Made by a program: the position numbers and the translations under genes. Below, one piece after another: positions 30,699-40,329 of a DNA stretch of 64,000 nt (its first letter is position 1; the number at the start of each line of letters is the position of its first letter). The notes under the pieces were generated by a model. The model was not told the origin of the DNA, ran no database searches, and saw only the letters and a list, made by a program, of their open reading frames with translations. Source of the DNA: Candidatus Hydrogenedentota bacterium (GTDB lineage: Bacteria; Hydrogenedentota; Hydrogenedentia; Hydrogenedentales; SLHB01); NCBI GenBank assembly GCA_963668025.2, contig CAXXTH010000023.1:1-64000 (forward strand), written 5' to 3'.

Positions 30699-31775
30699 CT
30701 ACATCCCAGCTATACTATTCTCATCGATCACCCCGTTCCCGAGCACGGCATCGCCATCATACAGCACCGCCCATTGTCCGGGGGCCACGCCGCGCTGGGG
30801 CGTATCGAACCGCAATGTGAAACCGTCGGTTGCTGGCTCGACTGTACACGGCACGGGCCGCTGCCGGTAGCGCACTTGCACGGCGCATGCGAAAGCTTCG
30901 GCAGGCGGCACAATAGCGCACCAATTCGCCGCCACCGCCGCCAGCCCGTGGCAGTAGGTCTCTTCCTCGAATCCCACGATCAACGCGTTGCGCCCGGGTT
31001 CAAGCCGGAGCACATATAACGGCCGTGGCGCGGCAATCCCCATCCCCTTGCGCTGTCCCACGGTGTAATGCGCCAGCCCGGTATGCCGTCCCCATTCCTC
31101 GCCGCTGGCCGACAGAATCGGCCCCGGCACAGGCGGACCCAGCCGCGCCTCCAAAAAGCGCCCGTAGTCATCTTCCGGTACGAAGCATATTTCCTGGCTC
31201 TCCGCCCGTTCCGCCACGGGCAGATTCCGCGCACGGGCCATTGCCCGCACGTCCTCTTTCTGGTATTCCGCCAGTGGAAAACATGCCGCCTCAAGCTGCT
31301 CTTGCGTCAAGCTCGACAGGAAATATGTTTGGTCCTTGGCGAGATCCCGCGCACGCCGCAGCGCCCAGCGTTCGCCGCGCCGCTCGATGCGCGCATAGTG
31401 CCCCGTCGCCAAGTTTTCCGCTCCATATGCGCGGGCTTCATCGAGAAGCGCGCCAAACTTGATGCGCCGGTTGCACCAGACACAGGGATTCGGCGTGCAC
31501 CCTGCCGCATACGCTTGTGCGAAGGGCGACACCACCTGCTCTTGAAAAACAGCCGTTAAATCTACTACATGATGGGCAATGCCCAGATACGCCGCTACGC
31601 GCTGGGCGGTTTCTTCCGCGCCATCCGGCTCCGCCGGGCCGGGCATCAGCCGCATGGTCAAGCCTATAACCTCATGCCCAGCTTCGAGCAGCAGCGCCGC
31701 CGCCATCGAGCTGTCCACACCGCCGCTCATCGCCACGGCGATGAGGCCCTTCTTGTCCGCATGCATAGGCGTCAT
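30699..31775 (-). CDS. mnmA: tRNA-specific 2-thiouridylase
   Basis: AMSGGVDSS, TPNPCVWCNRRIKFG, ATGHYAR, KDQTYFL, ESQEICF, YTVGQRKG and VAPGQ. Confidence 0.97.
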   Translation of the reverse strand: MTPMHADKKGLIAVAMSGGVDSSMAAALLLEAGHEVIGLTMRLMPGPAEPDGAEETAQRVAAYLGIAHHVVDLTAVFQEQVVSPFAQAYAAGCTPNPCVWCNRRIKFGALLDEARAYGAENLATGHYARIERRGERWALRRARDLAKDQTYFLSSLTQEQLEAACFPLAEYQKEDVRAMARARNLPVAERAESQEICFVPEDDYGRFLEARLGPPVPGPILSASGEEWGRHTGLAHYTVGQRKGMGIAAPRPLYVLRLEPGRNALIVGFEEETYCHGLAAVAANWCAIVPPAEAFACAVQVRYRQRPVPCTVEPATDGFTLRFDTPQRGVAPGQWAVLYDGDAVLGNGVIDENSIAGM

Positions 31776-32164
31776 CCCATCACGGGCTTTTCAAATTCAA
31801 GTCCGCAATACAGGCATCGGTAATGCCGTGAATTGGACACCCGCCCGCATTTCGGACACCGCATCGGGCCCTCGGTTATCTTGCCATCCGCCACGCCATC
31901 TCTCAGATCGATCTCCTCGACCTTTTTGAGCAGATCCTCGTCCGTGAGCCGCGCCCGCTCGCGCAGCAATTCCCACAATGCTTGGTTATACAAGCGTAAG
32001 CGCTGCATCTCGTGGACCAACTGATGCACTTCATCTACCGCCTGCCTACTGGATGCCGCCGACTGCATATCTTGTGAAGACATATCCTGCGGCTCAAAAG
32101 ACATAAAAGGCATCATAGAATTGAGCATTGCACGGTTTCCTTTCAACATGGTGTTGCCACCCAT
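31772..32164 (-). CDS. hypothetical protein with a C-terminal zinc ribbon
   Basis: EIDLRDGVADGK followed by CPKC..CLYCG. Its stop overlaps the mnmA start. Confidence 0.7.
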   Translation of the reverse strand: MGGNTMLKGNRAMLNSMMPFMSFEPQDMSSQDMQSAASSRQAVDEVHQLVHEMQRLRLYNQALWELLRERARLTDEDLLKKVEEIDLRDGVADGKITEGPMRCPKCGRVSNSRHYRCLYCGLEFEKPVMG

Positions 32165-32326
32165 CGCCCGCCTGATAAATGTATCTTATTTGGGCCGCCG
32201 ATCTCATGCCCCCCAAATGCTGGCATTTTGAGCCACACCGTATCCTGTTTAATGTTTGTGTATTTAATGTATTGGTGGTCTAAAAATCGGGGCCTTTGGT
32301 TACGGCCATACCCGCAAGAATAAATG

Positions 32327-32490
32327 GGGTGTGCGCCATGAAAGTAGGAGCACTTTGAAATAGGTTAGGTTTTCGTTCTGAGCGGCTCCAGTCCAAACGT
32401 GCGCCATCCCGGTTTCGGTGTGCTTGGAATGTCTTGCGCTTTCCGATCAGCCTGCTTTGAGCAGGCTCCCCCTTAGCACCTGGCTGAAGC
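32327..32490 (+). repeat. left arm of a MITE-like element (terminus GGGTGTGCGCCA), ending in one arm of a 25-bp hairpin
   Basis: Inverted near-copy at 5778-5943. A matching terminus lies at 43548. Confidence 0.8.
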
Positions 32491-33154
32491 CTACCAAGTA
32501 TAGGCATATTTTTTCGTCTCGGGGCCATAGCTGGAGGTTATTTTTTGTACCACTCCCATTATATCCGGTATTTATCAGTAATAATACTTTAATATTTATA
32601 TAATTCTTCTATATAGTACCCCAGCCAAAAGGAGGTGCTAGAATGGAACAGAAAAAACATACGGTGATCCAGCAGGTGGAAAGATTGGTTGACATGGGCC
32701 ATGTAAAACGCAATGCCTGTGTGGTCCGGCACGTGACGCGGCTCGTTTTCTCGCCGGGCGCGGGGCCAAGCCAGACGGCGGGCAGCAAGCAAGCGGCGTG
32801 GGCGGAATCGAAATCGTGGTATAACCTCATCAACAACCCGGACGTCAGCGTGAGCCAATTGCGCGAATTGCGGGCGCGAGTGGTGCTGGAGCAAGCAAGC
32901 GGGTCTTCCCTATTGGTGCTGCACGACATTACCGAGTGCGATTTCTCCAAACATGCCGCCATGAGCGAGAAGATGGAGATTGGGGACCATCATGGAACCG
33001 GATACGAATATCATCCCTGTGTCGCATGGGACTTCGATGAGCGCCGGTTTGTGGGGGTTCTGCGCGACACGGTCATTTCCGCCCTGGGGCCGGATGATGT
33101 GGGGGTAGCCGATTATGACAGCGACCCCGCGCTCAAGCAAGTCACGGCCGAGGA
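32491..33154 (+). mobile_element. 5' part of an IS4-family (IS50/Tn5-like) element with the transposase N-terminus
   Basis: Terminal repeat CTACCAAGTATAGGCAT, preceded by GGCTGAAGC. RBS AAGGAGG and ATG 32643 give ...WYNLINN...LVLHDITECDF..., cut at TAEE by the 1822-bp IS. Confidence 0.88.
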
Positions 33155-34976
33155 GAGGCATTTGCGAAATAGCGTGGTTTGCGAACGCGCGGACGGTGCG
33201 GGCACACGCGGAGCGGTTTTCGCCTGTGGCAATGGGATTACGCCTCCGCTACGGGTGCAATAAATCATGCAGGAGGTTCGCGTGTAGGACCCTTGCGGCC
33301 CGAATGGGCATGGTTTGCCCTTGATTCGGGCCATCATTGCTTGTGCGGATTCGATGTGATCTATGCGGCGCGGGGCTGTCCGAGGAGCGAGCGCATGCGT
33401 TCTGCCTGGCCGGCTTCGAGCCATCCCAGGGCCATGCCGAGCATGACGAGGAGGGCTAATCCGGTGCGGGCGCGCATCTTTTTCATACCGCGGATGTAGT
33501 GGCGCTCGAATCCGTATGCGCCGTCGAGTCGGCTGTTGACTCGCTCGATGGCGGTGCGGTGTTTGTATTCGCGGCGCCAGGATTTGGCGCTGCGGGGCAG
33601 GGGGGTAAAGATGCGCCGGTCGATAGCGATGGGCACGCGGACAATCCGTCCGTGTTCGGGCTGGCATCCTTGGTTGCAGAGGTCTTGCTGGGTACAGGCG
33701 CTCCCGCGCGCCTTGGCTGGGCAACGGTATTTCAAGGTTCCCCGATCTTGCTCGAATCCTTGGTAGGCCATGGAATCATAGTTGTCGCGTTCGTTTGGGG
33801 CGCCGTTACGACACCGGCAGAGGACTTCACCTCGTTCGGTATGGAAGATCGTGTCTACCCGTTCGGGATATAAAGGGCGGGGCCGTTCCGGTTCTTCTTT
33901 CCAGGTCGCCCGGATGTCCACGATGGGCCGGATTTCATGTTCCTCGAAGAGGCCCTTGTTGTTGGCTTCGGAATCATAGCCCTTGTCGGCGCTGAGGTAC
34001 TCGGCGCGTTGGACGAGTTCGGGGTGGCGCGCGTCGAGAGCCGCCACGAGGGGCAGCAGAAAGGGCGAGTCGTTGGCGCTGGCTTTCGTGACCGCGTAGC
34101 CCAGCGGCAATTCATATTTCGTGTCCACGATGAGGTGCAGCTTGTAGCCGAACCACCGTTTGACCTTCTCCCAGGGCGTGCCGTCCTTGTGAACGCCCTT
34201 GTAGGTTTTCGTGCCCCAGTCTGCGTCGCGGTCGCGCCGCCCGTCCGGCTCTTCGTTTTCCAGGACCGCGTCTTTGCGCGGAGGCTTGGCGTGGGTTTGG
34301 ATGGCTTTCGAGTCTACGGCCAGACGCACCCCGAGATCCGGCAAGCGTTCCATCAGCCGGACGATGAGCGCGTCGAACATCCGGTCCACTTCTTTCCAGT
34401 GGCGCAGTAATCTGGCGAAGAACCGCGTGTACACCCATTCGGGCGGGACCGCCTTGGCGCCCCGCAACACGTCGAATCCGCACAACTGGCGCAATTGCCC
34501 GTTTCGGGCTAGTTCGCGGCGCAGGCTTTCGACGCCGTCGTGCTGGAAGACGATCCCCGCCAGTATGCTGTTCCACATCGCGCGGATAGGATAATCGTCG
34601 CGCCGCCCCTTGCGTTCGGCTTCCATCGCCCGCATCAAATCTTCATCCGGCAGCGCCGCCAGCAACAGGTTCAGCCGATCCAGATCCGACGCCGCGTCGA
34701 CCTGGTTCCACGAGAACAACCCCATTTGGTGTATAATGGCCATCGCAAACGTCTCCTTGGTGTGTGCGTGGTTATGTGGTCAACTATACTACAATCACAC
34801 ACGGGAGACGTTACGCCTTTTCCCGCTCGCCGAGGGCATTTGGGGTGATTTTTCACAAAAAATCCTTATTCATGCCCCCGCCAAGCCCCTTTCCCCGCAT
34901 TCTCCGGGGTAGGCGCCAATTCCGCCGCTTTGTAAACCCTTGTCAATACGGATTTTCTTTATTTCGCAAATGCCTC
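33155..34976 (-). mobile_element. 1822-bp IS, copy 2
   Basis: Same terminal repeats as copy 1. The flanks GAGGA and CCTGAT do not match each other. Confidence 0.95.
33361..34743 (-). CDS. DDE transposase (copy 2)
   Basis: Protein identical to 11198-12580. Confidence 0.9.
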   Translation of the reverse strand: MAIIHQMGLFSWNQVDAASDLDRLNLLLAALPDEDLMRAMEAERKGRRDDYPIRAMWNSILAGIVFQHDGVESLRRELARNGQLRQLCGFDVLRGAKAVPPEWVYTRFFARLLRHWKEVDRMFDALIVRLMERLPDLGVRLAVDSKAIQTHAKPPRKDAVLENEEPDGRRDRDADWGTKTYKGVHKDGTPWEKVKRWFGYKLHLIVDTKYELPLGYAVTKASANDSPFLLPLVAALDARHPELVQRAEYLSADKGYDSEANNKGLFEEHEIRPIVDIRATWKEEPERPRPLYPERVDTIFHTERGEVLCRCRNGAPNERDNYDSMAYQGFEQDRGTLKYRCPAKARGSACTQQDLCNQGCQPEHGRIVRVPIAIDRRIFTPLPRSAKSWRREYKHRTAIERVNSRLDGAYGFERHYIRGMKKMRARTGLALLVMLGMALGWLEAGQAERMRSLLGQPRAA

Positions 34977-35017
34977 CCTGATTTGCCTCGCTTTACCTCT
35001 TACGATAGGATGGCCAT

Positions 35018-36682
35018 ATGGAACAAGCTGAGGCTATAACCGACAATCTCGCATCTATATTGGATGCGCTCGATGAATTGGCGCGGTATGACGGCCCGTG
35101 GCGTCCGCTTCGAGACGAAACAGCGCGGTTGCGCGAGCGGGTGCTTGAACTGCGTGAACGGGAAACGCGCCTGGATGGCGTTCTTGTCGTGGCGTTGGTG
35201 GGCGGCTCCGGCGTGGGGAAATCGACGCTCCTCAACGCCCTCGCGGGCGATCAATTGGCGGAAGTGTCGGAATTTCGCCCTTGCACTTCCATCCCTACGG
35301 TCTATCACCCTCCGGGCGTGAATCTGCCGTTTCCTGGCTGGCGGAGCATATCCGGTTCGGCGCTCGAGCATTTGGCGCTTGTCGATACGCCCGATTCAGA
35401 CACGATAGCGCGTGAACACCGGGCCATCGTGGCCGAAGCGTTGCGCCAATGCGATCTCATCCTCTTGTGCGGCAGCCCCGAAAAATATCTGGATGAAGCC
35501 ACCTGGTCGCTCTTGCGCCCGCTGCAAGGGGAACGTACGCTGGCGTGCGTGGAAACGAAGGCCATGGCGGCCTCGGAGTCCGTGCGTGACCATTGGCGCG
35601 CGCGCCTGGCGGACGAGGGATTCCAGGTGGACGCCTATTTCCATGTGAACGCCTTGCGGGCCTTGGACCGGAAACTGCTGGGCCGGGCCGCCTCGGAAGA
35701 GGAATATGAATTTGGCGCGCTGGAGCATTTTCTTCAGGAAGAGCTGTCTCGCGAACGCATCCGTCGCATCAAGCGCTCGAACGCCGCCGGGTTGTTGCGG
35801 AAAACCGTGTCGGAGTTGAATGCGCGGCTCAGCCTCCATGCCCCCACACTCGAGGCGCTCGCGACCCGCATCTCCGCCGCGGAGGACGCCGTGCGCCGGT
35901 CAGCGGGCGAGGCCATCGCGCACCGGGTATTCATGGAAAGCCACCTGTGGGCGTTCGCACTGGGCCGCGAAACCAGTTTGCGCGCAAAAGGCGTTGTGGG
36001 CACGCTCTACCGTATCGTCGAGGCTATCCGCAGTTTCCCCGCGCATATGGGCGAATGGCTTCCCTTCCTGGGACGCCGTGCGGCGGGGCGTGAAGCGGCC
36101 GCTCTGCTTTCGGGCGGCATGGCCCAAGACGCTGGGCTCCTCACCCAGGATTGCGAACCGATATACAGCGTCCACCGTAGTGAATTGGATTTGGCGTTCG
36201 CCCAATCGGGCTTCACGCGCCTGGAAATGGATGCAGGCTGGGAAGCCTTCCGCACCGCCATGGCGCGGCGCATCGAATCGGTATTGCGCGGGCCAGCCCG
36301 TGGGCGCGTCGAAGCATGCGCGCGGGTGCTGTCGAGCTGGCCGGTGGCGCTGCTGGCTGATATCCCGCCGCTGGCGTTCTTCGCGTACAGCGGTTACATC
36401 ATCGTGACGGACTATTTCGGCGGCATGATGCTTACCTCCGCCTATTTCCTACATGCTTTCGCGGTGCTGGCTATTTTGCTTGCCGCCGAGCTGCTGGCGC
36501 TATTTTCCTGCACACGGGCGCTGGCATGGCGCGCGAAGCGGGGGGCCCTGTCGGATCTGCGCAAGGCATTCGCGGGCGGCTTGGAGCCGTTCGGCGTGGA
36601 GAGGCAAACCGCCGCGGAAGCCCTACGCTTGGCGCGGCTCACGGCGCGGATGCAGGAAGACTTGTCCGCCGCTATTCAATAA
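35018..36682 (+). CDS. dynamin/Era-like P-loop GTPase with C-terminal transmembrane helices
   Basis: G1 GGSGVGKSTLLNAL, RPCT, G3-like DTPD, KYLD, coiled-coil helices and two C-terminal TM segments. Confidence 0.82.
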   Translation: MEQAEAITDNLASILDALDELARYDGPWRPLRDETARLRERVLELRERETRLDGVLVVALVGGSGVGKSTLLNALAGDQLAEVSEFRPCTSIPTVYHPPGVNLPFPGWRSISGSALEHLALVDTPDSDTIAREHRAIVAEALRQCDLILLCGSPEKYLDEATWSLLRPLQGERTLACVETKAMAASESVRDHWRARLADEGFQVDAYFHVNALRALDRKLLGRAASEEEYEFGALEHFLQEELSRERIRRIKRSNAAGLLRKTVSELNARLSLHAPTLEALATRISAAEDAVRRSAGEAIAHRVFMESHLWAFALGRETSLRAKGVVGTLYRIVEAIRSFPAHMGEWLPFLGRRAAGREAAALLSGGMAQDAGLLTQDCEPIYSVHRSELDLAFAQSGFTRLEMDAGWEAFRTAMARRIESVLRGPARGRVEACARVLSSWPVALLADIPPLAFFAYSGYIIVTDYFGGMMLTSAYFLHAFAVLAILLAAELLALFSCTRALAWRAKRGALSDLRKAFAGGLEPFGVERQTAAEALRLARLTARMQEDLSAAIQ

Positions 36683-36701
36683 CGCCCCAATACGCCCATA
36701 C

Positions 36702-39419
36702 TTAGGCAATGCCTGCATCGCCTGGGCCAGGTGATTCTTCTTCATGGAGTTCAGGATAAATCCTTCTCGCGCAGTCAGGACATATCGAATGGGTGAATGC
36801 CGCATCGCTGCGTTCCGAGATGTACGATTCGATGTTGTTCCAATATCCGGCATCATCTCGAATCTTTTTACAGCTTGCACATATGGGCAGCAAGCCATGC
36901 AAGGTCTTGATCTGGGAAAGGGCGTCTTGAAGCTCGACGATGAGTTTTTCCCGTTCCTCCTCGGCTTGCTTGCGCTGGGTGATGTCGGAGATGACGGAGA
37001 CAAATCCTATTGTCGCGCCCTGGGCATCCCGCTTAAAAATCGAGTCCACCTGAACCCAAAAATTATGCCCATCTTTTGCAATGCCGCGATCCACAATAGA
37101 AGCGATGGGCATCGGCTGGATAATATGCTCGGCTAGGTCCTTGCGCAGCCACTCGCGATGGCTTTCATCGGCGATCAAATCGAAAACGGTAAGGGTGCGA
37201 ATTTCTTCCAGGCTGTACCCATACATGCGTGTGTGGGCGGGATTTACAAACAGAATGCGCCCTTCCGTATCCATTTCCAAAATGCCATAGGGAATCGATT
37301 CAACAAGCATGCGGTAGCGTTCTTCACTGAGCCGGAGCGCTTCGTCCATGCGCTTGCGCTCGGTGATATCGCGCACATTAATCACAATCCCATTGACCGA
37401 CGGCTTATCGAGCATATTCGTAGCAACGGCCTCGAGATACACCCATCCTCTATTAGCCGTACGATGCCGGTATTCCGCGAAGACCGGCACGCCCGGTTGT
37501 TTGAGTGATATGGAGATCAGCCGGCATACCCGGGAATAGTCGCTCGGGTGAATGTAATCATACATTCGTTTGCCCAGTTTTTCCGCTACCTTAAAACCGG
37601 TGATGCGCTCGATGGAATCGCTCACATATTGATATGCGCCATCTTCGGACATGATCACGAGGAAATCATTGGAATGCTCGACCAGCAGGCGGTAGCGCTC
37701 CTCACTTTGCTGCAATGCAAACTGTGCGGCGCGGCGGTCCGTGATCTCTTCCACCAGCCAAAGCGTGCCGCCTTGAGATTCCCGCCGCCCAACCGGCCTG
37801 CCCACGAAGCGGCACCAGATACGCCTGCCGCCACCGGCCAGCAGCTCCAATTCCTGATCATACATGCGCCGGTTGGCAAGAGCGTCGTCCACCGCATGCT
37901 GGAATGCTTCATACGCGGAAAAACTGGGGAAAAAGGGGCTGAACAAGCCTCCTTGGAATGTCTCCTGGTCCGCTTTGAAAATCTCGGCCAAACGGCTGTT
38001 CGTCCACTCGATTTTACCTGCATGCGTATAGGCAATGCCAAGAATACTGTTGTTGAGGATAAGCTGATGCAGGGCGTTTTCCCGCTCGATACGTTCTTTA
38101 TCCGCCCGGGTTTGCTCTTGCTGCTGTTTTTCAATACGGTAGCGATCCGCCAAGGCATACGCTAACAGCAGCACGCATATCGCGGGCAGCGATTGGCTGG
38201 CCATTTGAAGCGGAAACGAGAAGTTTATCAATTGCCATGCCGACAACAAGCGCACCAAAATTCCCACGCTGAATGCAGCCCAAGCAGTGATATGAAAACG
38301 GGCGGGATGAAACCCTTGCCTCCAAGCGTAATATCCGCTCAAACACAATGAAAACACGGTCGTGGGCAGCAGAACCGTGCCAATGGGCATAATCAACCCG
38401 TAGCCCACGAACAAGGAACAAAACGCGACCAGAATGCATGACAAGCCAAGCGCCAGCAAAGCGGTATTGGCTAGGCGCGAGGTGCGGAGAAAACACAAAA
38501 AAGACCGGGTGAACTGCACCGCGCAAAAGACGCAGGCCATGCCGGAAAACATCAGCCCATGATAAGTGAAATTGAGTTCTGGCGAACACCCCATTCGCGC
38601 GGGCATGCCATTATCAAAAAAGAAATACAGGACAATGAACAGGGTAAACAAGGTAAACCAAAAATGGGCCTTATCCCGCAGCGTCACGAACGTATATAGA
38701 TTAAACAGGGCGATTCCGATCACAACGCCATAATAAAGCGCAAAAAACATGATCTGGATTTGCACTTTTCGCGCATATGCATCCACGGAAAGAATATCAA
38801 ATGGCGCTAAAACCCGGCCTGAGCCCTGGACACGGAGATAGAACGTCTTTGGCTCATGCACGGAGACCGGCAACGAAAACGTAAACCCGCTTTCCCTCGA
38901 GTGGATGTCGAGGACGGGAACCCATTGAGGTGGAGAGCCCGGCTGCTCCAGGCAAGTGTAAAGGGTTGCAGCAGATAATTGCGGCCATCCCAAATCCAGC
39001 AGCCAGCATGGCGCTCCATTGGGGCCCGGCGAAGGGCCTTCGCCTCCGATCACCGTAAACCTAAGCCAATAAGCCTTCGAGTTTGGGGGATGGGAAAGAT
39101 CGCCTGCCGCCGCGGACTGGAATGGCCCTGCTTGGCTGGGGGCAGCCACCTCTTGAATGGTGATGTCGCCCCGGTAATCTTTAAGAAATCCCGCGCACTC
39201 GAAAAGATTGTATGGGCCTTTCTGCGGCTCAAGCACCATAAGCTGCTCGGCATCTGCTATAGTCCCACGCAGCAAGGCGAACACGGGAATACAGAACAGT
39301 ACGCAACTAATCAGGCCGCAATGCCATGGCCCATGGCAAATAAAAACACCTTTTATGCCGCACAGTCGCGGATGGATATAGCGGACACAGCCCGCCCCCT
39401 GGCGATGCAAAAAAAACAT
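36702..39419 (-). CDS. 7TMR-DISM receptor with three PAS domains and a C-terminal Cys/His (zinc-binding-like) domain
   Basis: YWLRF (DISMED2-like), YYGVVIGIALFNL plus 7 TM helices, PAS ends DITERK and DITQRK, and LLPICASCKKIRDD.GYW...THSICPDC. The start is uncertain. Confidence 0.82.
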   Translation of the reverse strand: MFFLHRQGAGCVRYIHPRLCGIKGVFICHGPWHCGLISCVLFCIPVFALLRGTIADAEQLMVLEPQKGPYNLFECAGFLKDYRGDITIQEVAAPSQAGPFQSAAAGDLSHPPNSKAYWLRFTVIGGEGPSPGPNGAPCWLLDLGWPQLSAATLYTCLEQPGSPPQWVPVLDIHSRESGFTFSLPVSVHEPKTFYLRVQGSGRVLAPFDILSVDAYARKVQIQIMFFALYYGVVIGIALFNLYTFVTLRDKAHFWFTLFTLFIVLYFFFDNGMPARMGCSPELNFTYHGLMFSGMACVFCAVQFTRSFLCFLRTSRLANTALLALGLSCILVAFCSLFVGYGLIMPIGTVLLPTTVFSLCLSGYYAWRQGFHPARFHITAWAAFSVGILVRLLSAWQLINFSFPLQMASQSLPAICVLLLAYALADRYRIEKQQQEQTRADKERIERENALHQLILNNSILGIAYTHAGKIEWTNSRLAEIFKADQETFQGGLFSPFFPSFSAYEAFQHAVDDALANRRMYDQELELLAGGGRRIWCRFVGRPVGRRESQGGTLWLVEEITDRRAAQFALQQSEERYRLLVEHSNDFLVIMSEDGAYQYVSDSIERITGFKVAEKLGKRMYDYIHPSDYSRVCRLISISLKQPGVPVFAEYRHRTANRGWVYLEAVATNMLDKPSVNGIVINVRDITERKRMDEALRLSEERYRMLVESIPYGILEMDTEGRILFVNPAHTRMYGYSLEEIRTLTVFDLIADESHREWLRKDLAEHIIQPMPIASIVDRGIAKDGHNFWVQVDSIFKRDAQGATIGFVSVISDITQRKQAEEEREKLIVELQDALSQIKTLHGLLPICASCKKIRDDAGYWNNIESYISERSDAAFTHSICPDCARRIYPELHEEESPGPGDAGIA

Positions 39420-39816
39420 CCCCGGCTAGACGCCAATTCCCCTTTCTTTATGAAATAGATGCTCTCCAATCATATAGCCAATATTCTATCATGGCGGTAA
39501 ACATTTCGCATCTTGTTTCACCGCTGGGCAATCTCTTAGAAACTGCCTTTTTATACAAAAATACCGGGATTCAACTGCCTTGCGGAGTTATGGCATTAGG
39601 AGGCATAAAAAACACAGAAAAAGAAGCCCATTTTTCACTTTTTCCTGGGGAAAGCTAGGCAATTCCGCCTGCTGGCTGGCGAATGTGTGCGGTGGCCTTG
39701 TGTTCCACGAAAATCAGTGGATGAGCGGAACAACACCCGGCATCCATCTTAATGGCCAAGGCCAAGGGCGAAGCGCGCTTACTGCTCAGCCCATGAAATC
39801 CGCCGTGCGCAGGCAT

Positions 39817-40194
39817 TTACGACATGTCTTTGGGGCGCAATTCCTGGTCACAATGATGCTCATACCATGCGCGCCATTGGGCGGCATGGCGATGGATCCA
39901 GTCGAAAATAGCTTCATTCCCAAGGTCGCGCTTCGCTTTTTCCGATTCGATCCATTTATGCCGGAGCATTTCTTCACACTGGCAAGCAAGCGCTTCACGC
40001 TGGCGCGCCGCGCGCCATTGGGCGGCATGATTACGCAGCCAATCTTCCAGCGCTTCTTCTTTGGACACATCACGGCCCAAACGCTGGATTAAGCGTATCT
40101 GATGCCGTTCCACTTCCCGAAGCTCCGGCTTGGGGAGTGCGCAGTCGATATCCAATCCCTTTGTATCTATCGTACAATCGCTATGCGTTTTCAT
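39817..40194 (-). CDS. small protein with a duplicated DUF4032-like domain
   Basis: Internal repeat EEALEDWLRNHAAQWRA / NEAIFDWIHRHAAQWRA and motif EMLRHKWIESEKAKRDLG. Confidence 0.65.
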   Translation of the reverse strand: MKTHSDCTIDTKGLDIDCALPKPELREVERHQIRLIQRLGRDVSKEEALEDWLRNHAAQWRAARQREALACQCEEMLRHKWIESEKAKRDLGNEAIFDWIHRHAAQWRAWYEHHCDQELRPKDMS

Positions 40195-40329
40195 TGCTGC
40201 ATCCTATTTGAATTGGCGTCAATATCTAATACAAGCATACTGACAAAACGTCACAAAACGCACATTTCTTCCTTCTCTACACAGATAGGTATCGGCAAAT
40301 AGTCCGCCCGGCTGAAGATCCCCCGGAAT

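Noticed and set aside
32643-33263. 206-aa ORF as a complete gene
   Set aside because: It is a chimera of the IS4 transposase N-terminus reading into the end of the 1822-bp IS.
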